Below are positions 56,492 to 64,000 of a DNA stretch of 64,000 nucleotides, piece after piece. The notes beneath the pieces are model-generated. The model saw only the letters and a program-made list of their open reading frames with translations. It was not told where the DNA came from and ran no database searches. Made by a program: the position numbers and the translations under genes. Position 1 is the first letter of the stretch. Every line of letters begins with the position of its first letter. The stretch comes from an uncultured Verrucomicrobiae bacterium (GTDB lineage: Bacteria; Verrucomicrobiota; Verrucomicrobiia; Chthoniobacterales; Chthoniobacteraceae): the NCBI GenBank assembly GCA_963828525.1, contig CAWHEP010000001.1, forward strand, positions 64,001 to 128,000. The letters are read 5' to 3'.

Positions 56492-57835
56492 CTAGTTGCC
56501 ACCAAAAGCTTTTTTGAAGAATTCGCCTGCTTCGCGCGCGGCGACCCCTAGCATCGACTGTGGAGAATGCTCCAAGGCTTTCATTATTCGAGGACTGAGA
56601 TCCTGCCTTATACGCCCGGGAGTGCCCTCCAGGTGGACCGTTGTCCAAAGGTAGGAACCCCGTTTCTGAGTGAAAACTTCCTCCGCTTTCGGCAGCCATT
56701 GCAAATATTCCGCCGTGGTTCCGAGGCGGATTGCGCCTTCCACCCGCCTTCCGTCCAGGCTTACGCTTCCTTCAATGCGAAGCTTGCCCGTGTCTTCGAT
56801 CTCTATGTTTTTCAGGACGCCGCGCGGCTGCATCCATTCGACGTCAGCCGAACAGCGTGAGAACCTAAGCGTTCTGGCTGATTCTTTTCCGGTGAGTGTC
56901 GCAATCTGATTTAAAAGGGGAATCCCGGAAACGCGGGCGTCCGAAAACTTGATGGAGCTGGTGCCGATGGAGCCTTCCAACTTCCCATTGCTGGACGAAA
57001 GTGAGGCCCCGCCGGAGGCGAATCCCTCAACGTGTGAGCGGAGGCCCGCAGGAAGCCACCACGCCACCGCGACCTCAACAAAGGACATCCGGACCTTGAA
57101 GCTCTTGTCGTCCTTCAAACCTGCGGTGCCTGAGAGGTGAATGCTTCCTTTCGCGTCGGATCCTGCGGACAGATCAAGATTATGCAGCGTGAAGAGGGTC
57201 TTGGTGACCAGCAAGTGGGTGTTGTCCAGACGGAGCTCCGGGAGCGGGGATATCTTCATAACGCCTCCGGTCCCGTCGTATTCAAAGTCGTGGTAGCTTG
57301 GGGTGATAACCAGCTTGGTTCTGAAAATACCGGCGGTTCCCTTTGTGATTGGCAGGAGGATATTGGCGGGTTCAGCCACAATGCGCGTGAGGTAAACGCT
57401 GTTGGGGAGGAGGAAGGAATACCAGGGCCTCGCGGGCTTCACCTCTTCGGGCTTTGGCTCGTAAGTCTGGAGCGTGACTTCTCCGGGGCCAATGAGGATT
57501 TCATTCAATTCCCACCGTCGCCGGAAAATGCCCAATGCATTGAACCTTGCCGAGATGTTGTGGACGGAAATGGATTTGATCGTTTTTTGTCCGCCGCTGC
57601 CTTCGAAGCCGCCGCTTGTCGCCGATTGCAGGCCTGTTCTGTGAATGGGTTCATATTTGCCGCCGATCAAGTGAAGGCCCGTTGCCGTTTCAGCGCCTAG
57701 GGCTCCGCGAAACTCTTCACCTTCGACATAGCGAGTTAACGTCGCATTGAAGAAAGGACTGAGAGCCGCTCCCATCAAAACCAGGGAAACGCCACTGGCG
57801 AGAAAGACGAGTTGTGGCTTGGATAACTTGGACAT
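56492..57835 (-). CDS. Membrane-anchored beta-rich hypothetical protein (AsmA-like)
   Basis: N-terminal TM, alternating beta-strand pattern. Confidence 0.55.
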   Translation of the reverse strand: MSKLSKPQLVFLASGVSLVLMGAALSPFFNATLTRYVEGEEFRGALGAETATGLHLIGGKYEPIHRTGLQSATSGGFEGSGGQKTIKSISVHNISARFNALGIFRRRWELNEILIGPGEVTLQTYEPKPEEVKPARPWYSFLLPNSVYLTRIVAEPANILLPITKGTAGIFRTKLVITPSYHDFEYDGTGGVMKISPLPELRLDNTHLLVTKTLFTLHNLDLSAGSDAKGSIHLSGTAGLKDDKSFKVRMSFVEVAVAWWLPAGLRSHVEGFASGGASLSSSNGKLEGSIGTSSIKFSDARVSGIPLLNQIATLTGKESARTLRFSRCSADVEWMQPRGVLKNIEIEDTGKLRIEGSVSLDGRRVEGAIRLGTTAEYLQWLPKAEEVFTQKRGSYLWTTVHLEGTPGRIRQDLSPRIMKALEHSPQSMLGVAAREAGEFFKKAFGGN

Positions 57836-57861
57836 ACAGCGGAGCCGAAGGGCGGGCGCTT

Positions 57862-59792
57862 TCAGGAGCGCCCAGAGTGCGGCGGGTCAAGCGGGACGTT
57901 TCGCTTCTGGAGGACGATATAGGAGTGGAACTTCAGGATCGGTTTGAACTCTAGAAGGATTCGTCTGGCGTATTCGGAGTCCGGTTCATATGCAGGAAAT
58001 TTCACGGGACTGCTGACGGGGAACAGAAGCAACTTGGAGAGGTAGGCGCTGGCATTTCGCGCGTAGGAACCCGGATCGGGCGTGTTCGAAAGCTCATCCA
58101 GGACGGGCCGGGGGATGATCAGATATTTATAAAGCCTGGACTCCCGCACTTTTCTCTCGATTTGCCCGGCAGTGACCGCGCCTTGGCTGTACGCGTTGAA
58201 GTAGTCGGGCAGCAATTTGGGCTGGAGCAGTAGGTATCGGACGAGCCAGAGGTTGCCGTCGTTTCCGCTGGTCAGTAGCACTGGCCCGTCGCTGGTCAGG
58301 TGGGCGAGTTCATCCGGAAAGTAGAGAGTCTTGCTCCAGTTCAAGTCCGCCCCATGGGGACTTGCCCGCCTCAGAGCGCTCCACTCGTGTTTCCAGGCAG
58401 TGATGACTTGGGGATTGTGCTCGTAGAAGTACCGCATCGCAACCACATCGGAGTAGCTCTCGTAGTACGTGTTCCAGTAAGAGAATTGCAGGCAGAGGAC
58501 GTAGAGGATCGCGCAGCACCAGCACCACAGGCGACCGCAGAGCTTGCCGGCCGAGCAGGCGGCCGGAAACATCAGGACGATGGGAACGAGGCTGTTGATG
58601 AAAACGTGACCGGGGTCACATCGACCGAGCGCCGCTGGCAAGAGCATCCCGCCCCCGATCGCAAGGGACGCCGCAAGAGGAGCGCGGCGTTCGGCAGGGT
58701 GGGCCACCGAAGCGGCGAGGAGGCCCGGCAAAGTTACCAATGTGATAATGATGAGGCAGATATTGTGGAGGTTTGGGAAAACCGGAAAATTTTCGCCGCC
58801 AGCCGCGAAAGCGAAGACGCTTTGGAGATAGCCGGGGAAAAGGAGCAGGGTGCCCACTGCCGCAGCCGCGGCTCCGCAGCAACACGCGGCGGCCCGATGA
58901 AACGCCCGGCGAAAGATGTGGACTGCCCCGTAGGCGACGACTGCCACAGCGCCCGAGATGCCCATTTCAGGGGAGATTGCGACGCAACATGCGACGGCGA
59001 TTCCGGAAGCGACGCCGAGCGCCAGGCTGGAGGATCGATGCCGGGTGAAAGCGTCCAGCGCGATCAGAGAGACGGGAACGATTACGAAGCGCAGCGGAGT
59101 GTATTGAAGACCGAAAGTGAAGGAGGTCCAACCCAGGATCATGAGCGCGAGGGCAGCCACTCGTACGGAGGTGGGCAAATCCAGCGAGCGCAGGAGGACG
59201 AACAGCGATATAAATCCTGCCACCGTGAAGAGCGCGACGAACATCGTATAAGCCTGTTCAAAAGAGACGGCGCCAGCGCTGATGCGCGACAGCCAGAACG
59301 GCAGGTACAGGGTGGCGGGACCGTAGTTGAACATGAAATCCCTGTAGGGAACACGCCCAACCGCCAGCAAATCGATGCTGTAGATAAATCCACGCGCCTC
59401 CGCCCATGCCGGATCTGTGACGTAGCTTCCCCAGAAAATGATGCCGGTTGCCCAGAGAAGGCAACTGGAGACGAGGATGGCATATTCAGCGCGAGCCTCC
59501 CGCCACGGAGGGAAGCAGCGGCGATTCTCCGATAGCCACTCGTATTGAACGAGAGAGCGGTTACTGGTCAGGCGCGCTCCAAATGCCAGAACCAGGGCGG
59601 CGGCTAGAGCCAGGATGGCGAATCGGTTGTTGAACCCGAATACAAACGATTCGCCCGGGAACTGGTGTGGTGGAGCTAAAGAACCACGGCAGCCAGAATA
59701 CTCCGAGGGCCGCCACTAGTCCGGCGCCGAGCCAAAAGCAGCGCGGGGAGAACGCGCGGTGGCTTTGTGGCCGTAGACTGCAAGGACATCAC
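57862..59792 (-). CDS. Multi-TM membrane protein, possible GT-C-like (5' part frameshifted)
   Basis: GRVPYRDFMFNYGP, GRCDPGH; 5' end overlaps upstream stop (GTGA); paralog of 62969-64000. Confidence 0.6.
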
Positions 59793-61232
59793 GCTCTTTC
59801 CATGCCGGTGATCCGGCGGAATTCGGCAAGCGTCCAGGAAAGCGTGTCGCTGATTTGCGGGTGGCGTAATACGGAGATACAAACCCCTGTTAGAAGGAGG
59901 ATCATCATCAGAGGATTCACGACGACGGAATCAGAAATCTCAAGCGACTTGGGATAAACAATCTTGATGGCGGGATTCAATGAGAAGTGGAAGTAATGCT
60001 TCGGAATCAAGAGAAGCGCGAAAGTCGAGGCAAAGAACCCGTCGCCCCAGCCAGCTTCACGTTCGCGAAGAAACAAAAGAAGCGGAATTACGAAGTGGAT
60101 GAGACGGTAGTCTCCACAAACAAAGGGGAGTAGGTTCATGCAGCAAACGAGGAGGGAAACTTTCTTCCAGATCGGCATCTGGAAGCCGCAGACCACGATC
60201 GCCACAAGGAGGAAAGAAGCCGCCGAGAAATAGAAATAATAGCCCATCAGCCATACGGGCATCATTCTGGTGAACTCGGCGTTGTGAAAAAGAGCAGGGT
60301 TGGAAAAGAGGAACACCTTCAGTAGTCCCGTACAGGCTCGCGCCGAAGTAGATTGCCTCGTTACCGAGCACGTAGATGTTGGTGTAAGTCGCCATGTTCG
60401 CGTCAAGCGACTCAAGTTTGTGGTGCCAGTGGCCCGGCATGGCAACAATCGACGAAATACGTCAGCAAGAGGGCCGTCAGGACGATGTACAAGAATCTCC
60501 TTAAACTTCCGATCGCTGGCGAATAAAGGCAGAAACACCACTGCGTAAGGCTTGGCTCCTATCACCAGGCCAAGGAGTATGGCAGACGCCCGGAAGTTCC
60601 CGGCAACATAGAGGAAGATGGCTGCGGAAAGACCGAGGAAGATGGTGCTCTCGAAGTTGCCGCGATCCACGCAGAAAAGGAATGGGTAGGAGCAGAGCAG
60701 CACAATCAGAGTCTTTGGGACTACGCAGTTCGAGGTCACAGCCGCGAGAGAACGGGCGACGATGTAGAAGGCGCTCGAAGCGAAGAGAAGTGTCGAGATC
60801 ATCCAGAGGATGAACGGACCCTTGAAACCAGGCGCGCGCATGGTCGCTAAGGTTCGGAGCGCTTGCGCGTGGATAGAAGGCTTTGTAAAACCACCATGCG
60901 CGGACAGCGAGGACGGAACTGCCAAAAGTTACCTGCGCCGTGGGATCGTTCTTGTGCGGATCGAAGCTGCTCCTTGCGGCGATGAAATTTCCCCCATAGA
61001 AATCGGAGAATTGATTTTCCGTTCGGAACAGGAACGTGTTGTGCGGATAGCCCCGGTGCTGCACTGCTCCCACTTCGTAATGGTAGATGAGCGAGCAGAA
61101 AAAGCCGGCGATTAGGATCGAAAGTGCCAAAGATAATTTCCGCTCCTGCGAAAGGGTCGGAGTTGGAGATTCCGATGAATCGGCGGAGGCCGCTGCGACC
61201 AGAGCCGTGAGAATCAGGGTTTGAGGCGCCAT
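59789..61232 (-). CDS. GT87/DUF2029-like membrane glycosyltransferase (frameshifted)
   Basis: YPHNTFLF, SYPFLFCVDRGNFE, AKPY, GDYRLIH spread over three ORFs. Confidence 0.7.
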
Positions 61233-61241
61233 CTTAATGAT

Positions 61242-62843
61242 CTACGCGGCGAGTTGCGGGCGGCGAAGAGGGAAGGTGGCGATGAACCACCGCGCGGTGT
61301 CGCTGATTTGCGGCTTTCGCAGGACAGAGCGACTAATGACAGCAATCAGGGCGAGCATCAGGAGCGGGTTCGCCACGATCGAGTCGGTGACCTCAAATGC
61401 GTTTACAATGACGCTGTGGTTGAAGACAAAATGGTAGAATCCCTTCGGAATGAGGAGCAGCGCAAAGAGGACGGCTGTGAGTTTGTCGCCCCAGGCGAGT
61501 TCTCGTTCGCGCAGAAAGAGGAGCAGGGGAATGAACAGGTGAATCAAACGGTAATCGCCGCAGACATACGGCAGGAGATTCATGCAGCAAACCAGGAGAG
61601 CGATCTTCTTCCAGAATTCCATGCGCAGGACACAAATCAAGAGCGAGATCAGGGCGAAGAAAAACACCGAGAAATAGAAATACACCTTCATGAAAGTTTG
61701 CGGAAACGCGTCGCCGCGCTTGATCCAGTCGCTTGAGTAAATCAGAACCTTCAGCATGCCGTAGAGGCTGCTTCCGAAGTACATGCCCTCATTTTCAAGG
61801 ACGTAGAATTTGGTGTATAGCTCCATGCTGATTTGGAGCATGCCAAGATTATTCAGGATGCTGCCGGGCAGGGCAACCAGGGCGCCCACAGTGAGCAGAA
61901 GGGCGGTTCCCAGAGAGACGGCGATCTCCTTAAAGCGGCGGTCGCTCGCGTAGAGAACGACAAAGACGACGGCATAGGGTTTGGCCGAAACGACGAGGCC
62001 TAGAAGCAACGCGGACCACACGGTTTTCCCTCGCCCATAAAGGAAGATAGAGCCAGCGAGGGCAAGGAAGATGACACATTCAAAGTTCCCCCGGTCGAGA
62101 CAGAAGAGAACTGGGTAGGAACAGAGAGCGAGAATTAAGGATTTTGCCCAAGTGCAGTCAGGACTCACACGCCGGATCGTACGCTGAACAAGGTAGAGCA
62201 ATCCGAACGTGAACACGCAGTGGATCAAAAGCCATGCGAGAAAAGGGCCTTGTAAGGAAGGGTCCCGCATAGCATGAAGATCGGGCATCGATCGCACAGG
62301 ATACAACGCGGCGTAAAGAGCCCATGAATAGAACATGAGCACTGTGCTGCCCCAGCCGATATTGATGTCCCGCCTATCCTCCGGAAGGATGAATGAAGTC
62401 CGGGAGATTAGGAAACTGCTGTAGAAGTCATTCAACTGGACGTACGGACGAAACAGGAAGGTGTTGAATGGGTAACGCTGACCTCCCACCGCTCCTGCTT
62501 CGTAGTGAAAAACGAGCGAGATGAAGAAGCCGATCACCAGTATGGAGAGGACTATACCCAGCTTTTTCGAAGGCTGTAAGAGGGGTGGAAGCGGCGGAAC
62601 ATCAGGAGGTTCATCCAGCACAGGATATGGATTTTCTGTCCCGCGAGACAGTAATGGAGGAGACTCGAGTTTGTGAGCGCGACCGAAGTGCGAGGCGATC
62701 CAAAATCCCGTTCCGAGCAGGGCGAGCGCTTGCCCGAACCGCTTCAATCCCAAAGTCGGGATCAAATACCCCCGCGGTTCTTTGGTCCGTGCTTCTGGGA
62801 TCAGACAAGTGGGAACAGGGAACGTCGACTTTTTTCGTGGCAT
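61242..62843 (-). CDS. GT87/DUF2029-like membrane glycosyltransferase
   Basis: YPFNTFLF, SYPVLFCLDRGNFE, AKPY, GDYRLIH. Confidence 0.75.
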   Translation of the reverse strand: MPRKKSTFPVPTCLIPEARTKEPRGYLIPTLGLKRFGQALALLGTGFWIASHFGRAHKLESPPLLSRGTENPYPVLDEPPDVPPLPPLLQPSKKLGIVLSILVIGFFISLVFHYEAGAVGGQRYPFNTFLFRPYVQLNDFYSSFLISRTSFILPEDRRDINIGWGSTVLMFYSWALYAALYPVRSMPDLHAMRDPSLQGPFLAWLLIHCVFTFGLLYLVQRTIRRVSPDCTWAKSLILALCSYPVLFCLDRGNFECVIFLALAGSIFLYGRGKTVWSALLLGLVVSAKPYAVVFVVLYASDRRFKEIAVSLGTALLLTVGALVALPGSILNNLGMLQISMELYTKFYVLENEGMYFGSSLYGMLKVLIYSSDWIKRGDAFPQTFMKVYFYFSVFFFALISLLICVLRMEFWKKIALLVCCMNLLPYVCGDYRLIHLFIPLLLFLRERELAWGDKLTAVLFALLLIPKGFYHFVFNHSVIVNAFEVTDSIVANPLLMLALIAVISRSVLRKPQISDTARWFIATFPLRRPQLAA

Positions 62844-62968
62844 CGCGAAATCGTGGTTAACGACCGATATGGCCGATGGCGAGCCCTAATTTTAGAATGA
62901 AGAGCTAGGCGGCGCTGTCGTAGCAATAACCTCGCGCTCGCAAAAACCTGCGGGAGGTTCCATGGAGC

Positions 62969-64000
62969 TTATTTCATCGAGGGGTCGACTGAGATGGCAC
63001 GACTTCGCGTGAGTATTACGTTGTCGCGAAAAGCCTCCGTAACGGTGTAGTTCGCCGCTATGTCGGCGAGGATGCCATCCTCCGCCGAGAATCTTTTGTT
63101 TCGGGGAGTAAGCGAGATGGGAAACAGAAGCTGTTGCTGGAGAAGTTGCATGTCCCCAACGAAATAGTCCCATGCGTGGGCTTGCGCGTGAACGAGGAAG
63201 CTCATTTTTGGGATGAGGATCACCGGCATTCGAGCAAGGTCAGCCAATTTGCGGTCCATATGCTTCTGTGAGGTGATTGAACCCTGCGTATAGGCAAAGT
63301 AATACTCCGGCAAGTATCTGCCGGAAAGCTTCAGGAAATGCTCGATCTCTTCGGAGCATGACAGAGGCGTGCCGATCTTTGGATATCGCAGCAGAGGGGT
63401 AAGCGCCTGATCGAAAGGCAGTAGTTTGCTATAGGATAGCTTGTTCGACGAGTTTGTCGCAAATTGCCAGGTCTGCTGATTCAGCAGAGGATCGAAGCCC
63501 CCCGGCAGGTGTGACAGTTGATCCCGGACGCTCAAAGCAGCTTTGACGTCGTTTGAGTAAGCTGAAATCGCGCCGACGTGCCAAATGACCAGGTAGATCG
63601 CCGCATAGATCCCGATGATGGTTTTCGATAGAGATCGATCTTTCATTTGAAGAACCAGCGCGACGAAAAGAATGAATATGCCGAGGCTATTGAAGAAAAT
63701 GTGACCTCCGTCACAGCGACCCAGGGACGCCGGGATGGTTAACCCCATGGAAATCAGTAATGCGGAAGCAAACGCGCCTTTTTGGTTGTGCTCAGAAACA
63801 CCGATGACAGCGAGTTGCGGCAAGACCCAGCAGGCGGCCGCGAGAAGCAGAAGCATGTGAAGAGTAGGAAAAACGGGGTAGTTGTTGCCTCCTCCGGCAA
63901 AAGTGAACATTCCCTCGAAGTAATCTTTTGAGAGGAGAACCGCCGCGCCCACGAAAGATAGAGCGGGAGCGATGGCGAGAAGACCCCAGCGACGTTGGGG
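62969..64000 (-). CDS. Multi-TM membrane protein (3' part; begins beyond window)
   Basis: FAGGGNNYPVFP, GRCDGGH, YSKLL shared with 57862-59792. Confidence 0.65.
   Translation of the reverse strand, partial: PQRRWGLLAIAPALSFVGAAVLLSKDYFEGMFTFAGGGNNYPVFPTLHMLLLLAAACWVLPQLAVIGVSEHNQKGAFASALLISMGLTIPASLGRCDGGHIFFNSLGIFILFVALVLQMKDRSLSKTIIGIYAAIYLVIWHVGAISAYSNDVKAALSVRDQLSHLPGGFDPLLNQQTWQFATNSSNKLSYSKLLPFDQALTPLLRYPKIGTPLSCSEEIEHFLKLSGRYLPEYYFAYTQGSITSQKHMDRKLADLARMPVILIPKMSFLVHAQAHAWDYFVGDMQLLQQQLLFPISLTPRNKRFSAEDGILADIAANYTVTEAFRDNVILTRSRAISVDPSMK

Noticed and set aside
58300..59535. 411-aa plus-strand ORF
   Set aside because: Antisense shadow of a hydrophobic gene in GC-rich DNA, with no motifs.

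Overview
GC-rich bacterial chromosomal segment, most likely Verrucomicrobiota (inferred from a TGTTC-N4-GAACA box at lexA and from gene content). Most of it is housekeeping: moxR, htrA, recG-recJ, rpoA-rplQ, hpnJ, a dinB/lexA/radical SAM-UdgX repair cluster, zwf-opcA, a phosphatase-glyA fusion, a KS/KS-like pair, mqnE, a cysteine desulfurase, the tRNA-Thr-tuf-tRNA-Trp-secE-nusG-rplKAJL-rpoBC block and a GT87/membrane-protein cluster. One mosaic accessory island (~6.1-10.9 kb) lies between degenerate direct repeats. It carries a shortened Rhs toxin with a Pput_2613-type Zn-deaminase tip, and immediately downstream a translationally coupled 80-aa paralog of that deaminase domain whose catalytic Glu is replaced by Cys (the most interesting signal here). 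The island also holds a SUKH-like immunity gene, a MobF-type relaxase-helicase remnant, RAYT-type inverted repeats with a RAYT stub, and an IS terminus. Single-base indels break essential genes (rpoC, rplQ), so the consensus probably contains indel errors and frameshifts or fusions should be read cautiously. All family assignments are by eye from motifs; no searches were run.
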